Part shown: positions 11,890-22,077 of the stretch, in pieces
Position numbering within the stretch: the first letter of the stretch is position 1
Layout: the number at the start of each line of letters is the position of its first letter
Program-made: the position numbers and the translations under genes
Assembly (NCBI GenBank): GCA_051313645.2
Contig: JBNRSN020000001.1
Coordinates: 347,448,001-347,512,000, forward strand
From: Centroscyllium fabricii
Lineage: Eukaryota
Direction: 5' to 3'
Length of the DNA: 64,000 nt
The notes under the pieces: generated by a model
Databases searched by the model: none
Told to the model about the DNA's origin: nothing
What the model saw: the letters and a program-made list of their open reading frames with translations, nothing else

Positions 11890-12846
11890 TCTCACATTAA
11901 TTAGTTGTTTATGCAAATAATTATATTCAATTAAAGAGGGAATTTCCTCACCTGGATCTCTTTTCCAAAAGTGTTGATATTCATCGCAGTTTGATTAAAA
12001 AATGATGAGGAATAATGACCCCTAACAAAATAAATAATGGATGCCAAATCAGTTTTTTAGATTCTCATTCTATTAAACGGGTCTATTACAGGCAGCCTCT
12101 TCAAGAAGTAATTGTGCCCACCATCAGATACCGTCATCAGTGCTTGTCTGAGAGAAAGAAAGCAGTGTGGATGTTTCAAGCAAAAAACAAGTATGAAGTG
12201 TGATTGTTTTAGAAGTACTGCTGAAAGTCAGGCTGTCTGTGATGAATTTCCCTGTATAATATATGTGTATGTATGGATTGTGCTCATAATATGCCCCAAG
12301 GCTAGGTATTCCTCCTCACCTGTGGCCTTCGGGATGCCTGCCGTTTCATACGCCGTCAGATCTCTAAAGGCCCTGTCACACCTTGACGTTTTAGCTTGCG
12401 TATGCAAATTTGGCCGATACGCTGGTATACGTTGGACAAGTTATGGGTACGTTATGCATACGGTAAGAGCACGTTGCCATACGCTGGACATAAGCTGTAT
12501 ACGTCGTTTAAGTCGTGATTTTTTGTGCATGCACAAAAAATCACGACGTATAAATGTAACTCTTTATACGCTCAGCATACGCTGAACATACGTTGCAGGC
12601 ACGTTAGGCGATCGTTGACACACTTTAGTCATACGTCATAATACGTCGAGATAATGCCTATTTTTCCAGGAACTTATGTCTAACCTATGAGTAACGTGCT
12701 TTGAACTTATGCGTAACGTATCTCCAACGCATATTGACGTATGTAGACGTATTTGACGTCTTGCGGACGACCACAGACCTTACTGAACGTGTTTCTAACT
12801 TACAGCTAACGTATAATGGCGTACTGGCAGCGTTTAGGGAATTTGG

Positions 12847-12855
12847 TATATAAAA
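12847..12855 (+). promoter_or_regulatory. Candidate TATA box of the transposase gene
   Basis: TATATAAAA about 80 bp upstream of the ATG at 12927. A candidate polyA signal AATAAA lies at 14438-14443, after the stop. Confidence 0.5.
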
Positions 12856-12926
12856 AGGGGTTTCACAGGAGGAACCAGTCAGTGTTCCAGACTCCATGGT
12901 GAGCAGATGTCCATGTAATCCAAGAG

Positions 12927-13996
12927 ATGGAGGATCCGGCAAGACGAGAACTACTACTAGCTGTCCTCCAACATCAACAAGCACTCTTCGATTTTACACT
13001 GTACCAGAGGCGTGCCAAAAGAGCCAAGAGAAGATTAGCTGAACGGAGGAGAAGGAACTGGGTGAGACCATGGATCGGGAGGCGACGGCAGTTTGGCATG
13101 TATGACCAGCTCATGGTGGAACTCCGTAACGAGGACCATGCATCCTTCACCAACTTCCTGCGTATGCCCCCAGCGATGTTCGACGAGCTGCTAGCCAGAG
13201 TGGGTCCAAGGATAACCAAGCAGTACACCTTCTACAGGGATCCGCTTGAGCCTGGCATGAAGCTGGCACTGACTTTGCGTCACCTTGCCTCTGGAAACAA
13301 GTATGCCTCGATGAAGTTCGCATGGAGGGTCCCTCACAACACCCAGTCCATAGTGGTCAGAGAAGTCTGTCAAGCCATTATTGACGAATACGTGGATGAG
13401 GTGATGGTTTGCCCAACTACTCCTGATGGTTGGCGCGCCATAGCTGACAAGTTCTTCCAAAGATGGAACTTTCCCCATACATGTGGGGCACTTGACGGGA
13501 AGCACGTGGCCTGCCGCTGTCCTCCAAAGACTGGGTCACAGTACTACAATTACAAAGGATTCTACTCCATTGTTCTGATGGCGCTTGTAGATGCAGACTA
13601 CAAATTTATTTGGGCAGATGTCGGCGGTACTGGATCTGCATCAGATGCGCAGATATACAATGACTCTGAGCTAAAGGAATGCGCTGAAGACGGTACCCTT
13701 GGTTTCACTGACCCTGAGCCTCTTCCCTACGACAACCAGGACGTGCCTTACTTCTTCATCGGTGACGATGCCTTCGCCTTACGACCAACCATGATGAAGC
13801 CATTCAGCCTCCGTGGAATGACGAATGAAGAACGCATCTTCAACTACAGGCTTAGCCGAGCAAGAAGGGTAGTAGAAAATGCATTCGGCATCCTGGCTAA
13901 CAGATTCCAGGTTCTGCTAAGTACCATGCAGCATCACCCCTCCACTGTCAAGCTCATTGTCAAAGCATGCTTGATCCTGCACAACCTCATGACCAG
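12927..13996 (+). CDS. Harbinger (HARBI1-like, DDE_Tnp_4) transposase, exon 1
   Basis: FTNFLRM...FDELL, LALTLRHLASG (HTH), GALDGKHV, YYNYKGFYSIVLMALVDADYKF, GSASDAQI, FIGDDAF and RRVVENAFGILANRF. Donor AG|GTAATT at 13997. Confidence 0.92.
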
Positions 13997-14193
13997 GTAA
14001 TTAATGTTTACATAGCATATATTATACAGTATACAATGAAATTTAACTTTTAGCCTATGCTTATAAACATTATATGATTTACCTTAAATTTTACATGTAT
14101 CATTATATTACTTTTTAATGTACAGCGCATTAGAATATATGTTTTCATTATAGGTGCGCTTTATAAGTAAATAAAATCAAATTCAAATTCCAG

Positions 14194-14410
14194 GTACCCA
14201 GGACTACAGAACCAGCAGCTTGACCAGGCAGAAAATGAGAACCGCGACCTTGTTCCAGGAGCATGGCGAAAGGTACATCAGTTGGAGGATACACAGACAG
14301 CTGCTGGCCCCAACACTGCCTCCAAGGACGGAAGGAAACAGAGGAATCTCCTCAAGCACTGGGTTAACTCCACAGCTGGCGCAGTTCCGTGGCAAGATAG
14401 GATGATTTAG
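14194..14410 (+). CDS. Harbinger transposase, exon 2 (spliced product 428 aa)
   Basis: Acceptor TTCCAG|G. Phase-2 splicing gives (R)YPGLQNQQLDQ...PGAWR...RNLLKHWVNSTAGAVPWQDRMI*, ending in the characteristic Harbinger GAVPWQ motif. This exon is not in the ORF track. Confidence 0.85.
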
Positions 14411-14861
14411 ATATTTGTATTACAGCATTGTTCAGGCAATAAAGAGACTTTCCTCCTGAAATGAACATCTTAAAGCCTTTTTTTCAATTATCCACTTTTC
14501 AATATACATGTACATTATATTATTATACCTTTTTCAAAGTGATTGAATTTATTATTGTTAATTATTGTTGTAATGATTTAAATATTAAAGCAATAAAATC
14601 AGCAAACATCAAGAGTTTGCTCAACTTTTATTAAATCTGTAGTGGTATGATTTGAATCGTCCAATGGCAGCCTTTGAATAGTCTACACCACGTGATCTTT
14701 GGCGATACGCTGCCGCGCGCTATGCATACGTTAGACTATCGTTGGGCATACGTTATGAATACGCTACTACACCGCAAAAATTGAACAAAGTGTCAAAAGT
14801 TCAGCGTTTTAGCCTCATTTGCATAGGCTGGCTAAAACGTCTAGGTGTGACAGGGCCTTAA

Positions 14862-15254
14862 GCACTCCAGTGGAGAGAGAGTGACCATCAACAAAATGTT
14901 AGCTATTCTGACAACAACCTCCTGTACTTTGGGCAATCCACCAATGCGGTGCCATCGGGCAGGCCTCTCGTGCTGCTGTTGAGTGGGAAAGGAGATGAAA
15001 ATATTGACCCTGATGGACAATACATCAGTCACCTGTTTGATGCACCCGTGAGCAGCAAATTGGCTGATACTGCGGAGTTCCTTGTGATAGCTCGGGAGGG
15101 ACTTGAGCATTTGACTGCTGTTGGCAGTGCTGTCCTCATGGTGAATGGCTCCAGGTTTTCTTCGAAACAGAAGGCACTGCTCCGTAACAACCTTCCTGCA
15201 GAATATGAGGCTACAAAAATAGTTCTCCTGTAAGAAGGGACGTACTGAAAGCAA
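14862..15254 (-). pseudogene. Old degenerate HARBI1-like transposase remnant (host of the young Harbinger insertion)
   Basis: Minus frame reads ...FCRKVVTEQCLL...SISQFAAHGCIKQVTDVLSIRVNIFISFPT...HRIGGLPKVQ, resembling the ISQxxVxxCIxQVTDAL...FISFP...IAGFPKVQG stretch of HARBI1-type transposases. A TIR-like end AATTTCTAGCCC lies at about 15678-15689. Confidence 0.6.
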
Positions 15255-16221
15255 TCCTCATAGCTTGCAATTGAATGGTAGCAAAAGGAAATGATAAATT
15301 CAGCTTTAAAGATTTATTTTCTGACAGTCAAATGGTTGGCCGGCCTTTAGCACCCATTTGTAAAGCACGAGGATTGTGAGAATTCAGGAATATGAAGTGA
15401 CGAATGGCTAATGAATCCTTCTTTCTCTGTTCACAGGGGAGTCTATTGGCAATCTTCCCAACACCTTAGTTCAACCATTTCAGACAAGTTTACCACTAAG
15501 AGACCCTCGTTTACAAATGTAATGGGCTTAACACCTGTATCAGGTGGGCGCCATGAATGCTTGCACAGCTAACTATGCCAATATGGTGGTATCCATACCT
15601 CTACCACTAATTGAGTTTCTTCCCAAAATTGTCCCTTGCACCCATTTTAAGCTCATAAATTGGGTGCAATGAGGTGCAATTTCTAGCCCTTTAGATTTAA
15701 CTACCTCACACAAAGGGTGGTGAAACTGTAGAATGGACTGACCAATGGAAGCAGACATTATGGAGAATTTTAGGGAATAATTGGCTAGATATTTCAGGGA
15801 GCAGGTGAATGAGAGGTATTAACTTTCAGGACGGACCAGATTGCATCCAGTCATTTTTTTGCCTTCTGCACTTTCCTATGTTCTTAGTTTTGCAGGTTTC
15901 TTCAGTAATGCCTGATTTGCATTGGTTTGCAATTCAAAGTGAAGCTCTCAACCATTGTATGCAAGGGACTGTACCATTGGCAAGAAACCAGGTCAGGATG
16001 TGCAGAAAGCACACAGCTAGTGGGAAGGAGGTGAGTTCCCAAACTCAATTTTCCAGGCCCCAGATGCACAATTCTCACTGATAAAGCATTTACAAGCATA
16101 CAGAAAGGACAGGAAAGGACCAAGCAGTCCATCAAACCTGTCTTATCCAGACACAGTGCAGCCTATGTGCACCATCAACCCGCCAATCTCCTGGCAGAGG
16201 CAGCAAACCTTAAACCTGAAA

Positions 16222-17612
16222 AGTGAGAGGTGATGCATTTTGGGAGGACTAACATAGAAGATAAGAGCAGGAGTAGGCCATTCGGCCCTTCGAGCCTGCT
16301 CCGCCATTCAATGAGATCATGGCTGATCATCCAAACCCAGTACCCCGTCCCTGCCTTCTCCCCATATCCCTCGATCCCTATCGAGGCTGCACTGACACAT
16401 ATCCCATGCTATCCCCATAACCCCACATACTTAATCCCTCGAACACTAAAGGTCAATTTATCCTGGCCAATCAACCTAACCCGCACATCTTTGGACTGTG
16501 GGAGGAAACCGGAGCACCCGGAGGAAACCCACGCAGACACGGGGAGAATGTGCAAACTCCACACAGATAGTACCCGAGGCTGGATTTGAACCCGGGTCTC
16601 CACTGCTGTAAGGCAACAGTGCTAACCACTGTGCCACCGTGCTGCCCTGGCAAGGGAATACATAATGAATGGTAAGAGCCTAGGAAAGACAGAGGATCAG
16701 AGGGACCTTGGTATGCATGTACATAGATCCCTGAAGGCAGCAGGACAGGTAGATAAGGTGGTTAAAAAGCCATATAGGATACTTGCCTTCACTAGCCGAG
16801 GCATAGAATATAAGAGCAGGGAGGTTATGATTCAATTCAATTCAATTCAATTCAAGTTTTATTGTCATTGCAGAGTACTAGTACAATACAACGAGATGAA
16901 GACTCGACTCTCCCGAGAGTAGTGCAAACAAAATAAATAAATTACATGAAAATTGCATACAGTAAAGTTCATTATCAGTCGTGCAGGTACCGGAGTTATA
17001 CAAATGCTACTTTGGCCACAGCTGGAATACTGTGTGCAGTTCTGGTCGCCACACTATAGGAAGGATGTGATTGTGTTGGAGAGGGTGCAGAGGAGATTCA
17101 CCAGGATATTACCTGGGCTGGAGCGTTTCAGCTGTGAAGAGAGACTGGACGGGCTGGGGTTGTTTTCCTTAGAGCAGAGAAGGCTGAGGGGGTCCTAATT
17201 GAGGTGTACAAAATTATGAGGGGCATAGATAGGGTCGATAGAAAGAAACCTTTTCCCTTGGTAGAGGGGTCAATAACATAGAAACATAGAAGATAGGAGC
17301 AGGAGTAGGCCATTCGGCCCCTCGAGCCTGCTCCGCCATTAACCAGGGGGCATAGATTCAAGGTAAGGGGCAGGAGGTTTAGAGGGGATTTGAGGAGCAC
17401 ATATTTCACCCAGAGGGTGGTTGGAATCTGGAACTCACTGCCTGAAAGGGTGGTAGAGGCAGGAACCCTCACAACATACAGGAAGCATTTAGATGAGCAC
17501 TTGAAATGCCACAGCATACAAGGCTACGGACCAAGTGCTGGAAAATGGGATTCGATTATTCTGGGCTTGATGGCCAGTGCAGCCGAAGGCCCTCTTTCTG
17601 TGCTGTATAACT
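16222..17612 (+). mobile_element. CR1 LINE 3' part with nested insertions
   Basis: [43 protein letters not shown] and FTQRVVGIWNSLPERVVEA; tail ACTCTATGACTCTAT. Confidence 0.85.
16252..16647 (-). mobile_element. V-SINE, tail type ii, inserted in CR1
   Basis: Reverse complement of the 7259-7660 element. Confidence 0.9.
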
Positions 17613-18265
17613 CTATGACTCTATTAACAAAAACATAAATAAGCCATAGGCCAATTTAGGGAAAAATATATGTGGGAACTATCCCCTGTGACCACCTTGA
17701 TTAATTTAAGCAAGCTCCAGGTGACTGCAGTAATTCATATCAATTCTCAGAACTACCCCTTACTACCTTTTATAACTTGAGATGCCCTCCACTCTTGGGA
17801 CCTCATCCTGTTTCTTTTCAGTGTGTTTGTACTTATCATATACTTTGATAATTTGCCCCAGGGGTCGCTGATTCTCCCTGAAAAGAAATTCTTCCTGGCA
17901 TCGAACCCATCTCTTTGCTTTTGTATTTTAAACGTGTGCCCTCAGTTCTCCCATCCTCATCTAGCTCAAATAAGCTGAATGAAATATATTCCCTTTATCA
18001 CTTTAACAACTTCAATCACATCTTCTCGAAATCTACGCATCTCCAATGGGATTTAAAAAAAAGGTTTCCTGACCGTATCCTCATTGCTGAGAGCCCTGTG
18101 ACCAGGTATCATTCCGGCTGCCCACCTCTCGACCTTCTCCAGGGTCTTTTGCATGTTCCTAAGTTCTGCACCAGGAAAGATTCTTACTTGGGGGTGTCCT
18201 ATAATCAATCCATGCACACTTCACAGCATCAGAACGAATTAAAAATGTTTGATGTCACAATCATT

Positions 18266-19022
18266 GGGCCAATACTTCCGATGAGCGCAGGAGGTTTTGG
18301 AGCCGGATGTTAGCGCACCCGAGCTCCGAATCGCAGGGAGCAGCCGTTTCCAGCTGCTCCCTGTCATTCCGAAGGCGTCCAGCGGGGGGTGCAGAGCTGC
18401 TGCAAGATGGATCGCATTCGCCTGCGCACCAAGAGGTGCGCAGTGGACTTCCATTTTTTTCCCAACTTTTTTATCGGGGTAAGTATGGAAGATTTTACGC
18501 TTAAAAATATCAGACGTAACCACCCGTTTTTAGCAGGTAAGTCTTTATTTTATAGAATGTAAGTATTGTTTTTACAGGTTTTTAATTTTTTTAAACTTTA
18601 AAGACAGGTAAGTATTCTTTTAGGCCAGTTAAAGACTTTTAAAAAAAATCTAATTTTTTTTTTCTTTAAAATAGGTAATTTATGTTAATTAGAGTATTGT
18701 TAAAACAATGTTTTTTTTAATTTTATTTTTGTGTTTTGATGTGTCTTTGAAGCTCTTCCTTTTCTAAAGTTACACAGATTTCTCCGTGTAAGTTTTGAAT
18801 GGAGGATTGCTTCCATTGATTGGCTCCCTGCCGATCATGTGGTCTCGTGCGATATCTCGCACTAATTGCACCACTGAGTTGCACCAGCAGCTCGCATAGA
18901 GCCTGAAGCAGCTGTACAACTCGGGAGTTCACAGCATAAAATTTCAAAACGGCAAAAGTGCAGGGTAAGTGTAACTAGGAGCCCTGCACTTGCACGAAGG
19001 CTCCAAGGCTAATTTCTGGGTC
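18266..19022. mobile_element. MITE family M2, copy 2
   Basis: Same orientation as, and alignable throughout with, 8097-8863. Flanks are ATT / AAT. Confidence 0.8.
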
Positions 19023-19430
19023 AATAAGAACTCATCAGTGAAGCTGATGTAGAATGGGAGCCCTAGAATTAGATACTGGTTATGTTTAGGCTTCAGTCAC
19101 TGTCTGAACCTTTCAATTGGAGTGCTGCTTTCGGAGTTAGTGAGGCATATCCATTATCCTCTATTAACATTGATGACAGACCAGCCCAGCACTGACCGCA
19201 AGTACCGCGTGTTTCCCAAAATAATCCTTCCGCTATACTTCAGAAATTCGACTCATTTGCAAGTCCAACACAGCCGATAACCACTTTACGCGAATAAGCA
19301 CAACTCAGTTTCTAGTTCAAAATGTTCATTTAAAGAGAGAATCTCAGCATCGCTCCTTACAGTAAAATTGCAAAGAATCGCGATGAGCTTGAACTTTTTT
19401 TTGTAATCAATGTCATTTTGTAAAAATATA

Positions 19431-19497
19431 ATCGCAAAATACTGCGGATGCTGGCTGCCTGGCCTGCTGAGTATTTCCAGCATTTTCTGTTGTTATT
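19431..19497. mobile_element. Very short Penelope family B insertion
   Basis: GCAAAATACTGCGGATGCTGG plus the opposite arm, between direct repeats TCATTTTGTAAAAATATA. Confidence 0.7.
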
Positions 19498-19897
19498 TCA
19501 TTTTGTAAAAATATATATTTAAATGTTACAAACTAATGGGAATTACTTCGAGTGGACACATCCTTGTGTTCTTCTCTTCCTTGGTCTCCTCGCTTGAGTC
19601 CAACTTGTTATTTGCTCCCCCGCCCGCCCCCCGCGTGGGCCCGGAGTTGTTGTGAACAACACGTCTTGTTACAGACTTGGCAGCTTCTCAGAACACCTCC
19701 AAGGCGCCAATTTTGAATTTCAGTGTTGCAGTATTTTTGCAGAATATTTCAGCTTTATCAGTGCTCAAACATGTTTGACTATCATTTTTATGAGGATGGG
19801 GTTTAAAACTCTCTCACAGTCTACTTCCACGTATTTGCGAGTGATATTCACATTCTGCCTACTTTGCAGCGATAAGACTGTATTATCATAGAATCAT

Positions 19898-20711
19898 GGG
19901 GGAGAAATTGACACTCTAGCGCCGGCCCACGGCGCTGAATTAGCGCTAAAAATAGCGTCCCGCGCTAAACTCAGCTGGGCGCTAAATTGGGGGCTAACCC
20001 TAATGAATTTAGCGCCCAGCTGGATGTCGGGAATGATGTCATCAGGCCGCACAGCGCTTGGGAGGCGCTGCGCGGCCAAAATTCGGCAGCGCCCGCCGTC
20101 CTGCCCCTGGGTGCTGCCCGCGCCAGCTTTCCTCGGCCGAGAAAGCAGCGGTGGCCCGCGGAATGGCAGGCCGGCCTCCCTCATTAAAGGGGAGGGGCCT
20201 AGCGCGGCTGCAGCGAGAGCCCCGCGGGGCCGCCGAGGGACCAGGAGCTGCAGAACGAGCCCGGCACTCGGAGAAAGTGCCGGGCTCAGCTGAGGAAAGC
20301 CTCACCCCACCGGGGAGCAGCGGGGGAGGCCGGGTGAAGCCGAGTGGGAAGGAGCTGGCGTTCGGCCAGCAATAAAAATGGCCGACCGCCGCACTTGCCT
20401 TTAAGCAGCGCTCGAAAAAGAGTTCTGCTGTTTGGACAGAATAAAGCTGGCGCTGGTAGAGTGTCGCAATAAAACGGTGGGCGCTGCCCAATTTCGGGCG
20501 CGCAGTGCCTCCCAGGCGCTGCGCAGCCTGATGACGTCATCAGGACATCCAGCTGGGCGCTAAATTCATTGGGGCGCTAACAGTTAGCCCCCGTTTTAGC
20601 GCCCAGCTGAATTTAGCGTGGGGCGCCATTTTTGGCGCTAATTCGCCACTGGCACGTTAGCGCCCATTTTGTGCGATAACGGGCCGGCGCTAGAGTGCCA
20701 ATTTTGCACCC
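19898..20711. mobile_element. GC/CpG-rich MITE with ~200-bp inverted arms (family M3)
   Basis: GGGGGAGAAATTGACACTCTAGCGCCGGCCC ... GGGCCGGCGCTAGAGTGCCAATTTTGCACCC. Inserted into a CR1 tail (CATAGAATCAT|AGAG) with AT on both sides. Confidence 0.85.
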
Positions 20712-21040
20712 ATAGAGTTATACAGCACAGAAAGAGGCCCTTCAGCCCATCGTGTCCGCGCCGGCCATCAAACCCTGTCTATTCTAATCTCATTTTCCTG
20801 CATTTGGTCCGTAGCCTTGTATGCTATGGCACTTCAAGTGCTCATCCAAATGCTTCCTGAATGTTGTGAGGGTTTCTGCCTCTACCACCCTTTCAGGCAG
20901 CGAGTTCCAGATTCCAACCACCCTCTGGGTGAAAAAGTTCCTCCTCAAATCCCCTCTAAACCTTCTGCCCCTTACCTTGAATCTATGCCCCCTGGTTATT
21001 GACCCCTCTACTAAGGGAAAAAGTTCCTTTCTATCTACCA
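20712..21040 (-). mobile_element. CR1 LINE 3' end
   Basis: DRKELFPLVEGSITRGHRFKVRGRRFRGDLRRNFFTQRVVGIWNSLP. Confidence 0.85.
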
Positions 21041-21097
21041 TTTGTCACCATGAAGGAAACTGCAATCCAATTGGACCCACTCTTGTAGATAGCACGA

Positions 21098-21220
21098 CAG
21101 GTCATCGACCTGAAATGTTAACTCTGTTTCTTTCTCCACAGATACTGCCTGACCTGCTGAGTATCTCCAGCATTCTCTGATATTTCAGATTTCCAGCATC
21201 CGCAGTATTTTGCTTTTGTA
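21098..21220 (+). mobile_element. Penelope family B 3' fragment
   Basis: AGGTCATCGACCTGAAATGTTAACTCTG...CCAGCATCCGCAGTATTTTGC. Confidence 0.7.
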
Positions 21221-21244
21221 TCAGTCGTCTTTCAGCTGATGTGT

Positions 21245-21455
21245 CGGAGAGGAATTTCCCAGATTTTTTCTCCCAAATTGGCCACTGTGTTTTTTATCTG
21301 GTTTTTCGCCTCTCCCGGGTGATCACATGGGTTTGGGCGGGATGGAGAGTGAAAGTAAAATTGAGGTTAGGATCAGATCAGCCATGATCTTGTTAAACGG
21401 CGGAGCAGGCTCGAGGGGCCGATTGGCCTACTCCTGCTCCTATTTCTTATGTTCT
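21245..21455 (+). mobile_element. Short element ending in a CR1 3' tail
   Basis: TTGAGGTTAGGATCAGATCAGCCATGATCT...CTCCTATTTCTTATGTTCT. The same tail occurs at about 38090-38185. Confidence 0.55.
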
Positions 21456-22077
21456 AACTCAAGTGTCATGGGCTATTATGCGAAGTAGCACCAGAATTGT
21501 TTCCATGTGTTTTTAGGCTATGCTTAGTTTTTGACCTTTTAAATGTACATGACTAACACCATACAGGAGCAATTTGGTAAAAGATTGACAGGAGATCAGA
21601 ACTCTGCGAGAGGAAAAAGAATATATCAGAATATTAGTGAATTTCCAAAATGTTAAAGCAGTTGTTCCATATTGCTGAAGTGATGGCTTTGGCTTGTGAC
21701 GATCAATGGACAATTAGACCCACCGACCAAAAATAGCAAATCTAACATTTAGTTCCTGACTAGAGCACAAGATGGGATATTCCTCCTGGGGGAATAACCT
21801 CTAATCCTCCTCCCTCGCAAACGGGCATCATATTCATGAAACCAACAGGAGGCGATGGTATCCAGAGTGGAATCTGCCATCCCAGCGCCACATTGCCATC
21901 TGGAAAGTGATGCACTGGAGACCCAAACAAACCAACTGCAGGATTGCCTTTTCTTTTGGTAATGCGTTGTACTCTTGTTCTATTTCCAGGTCAGTTGAGG
22001 CATGATTGGTATTTTCATGAATGTACCAGAGGCTGCAGAACAATGGAATGCCTAGTATACATATTTCAGGTGAAAAT

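Larger units (their letters stand above)
12368..14858 (+). mobile_element. PIF/Harbinger DNA transposon, 2491 bp, transposase only
   Basis: TIR AGGCCCTGTCACACC...GGTGTGACAGGGCCT, extending imperfectly to about 40 bp. TAA TSD at 12365-12367 and 14859-14861. Encodes a DDE transposase. Confidence 0.95.

Noticed and set aside
14949-15233. Plus-strand 94-aa ORF as a host gene exon
   Set aside because: No recognisable family, and the opposite strand shows transposase-like residues. Most likely an antisense shadow.
19894-20540. Cluster of overlapping ORFs
   Set aside because: By-product of very high GC content inside a MITE; no domain motifs.
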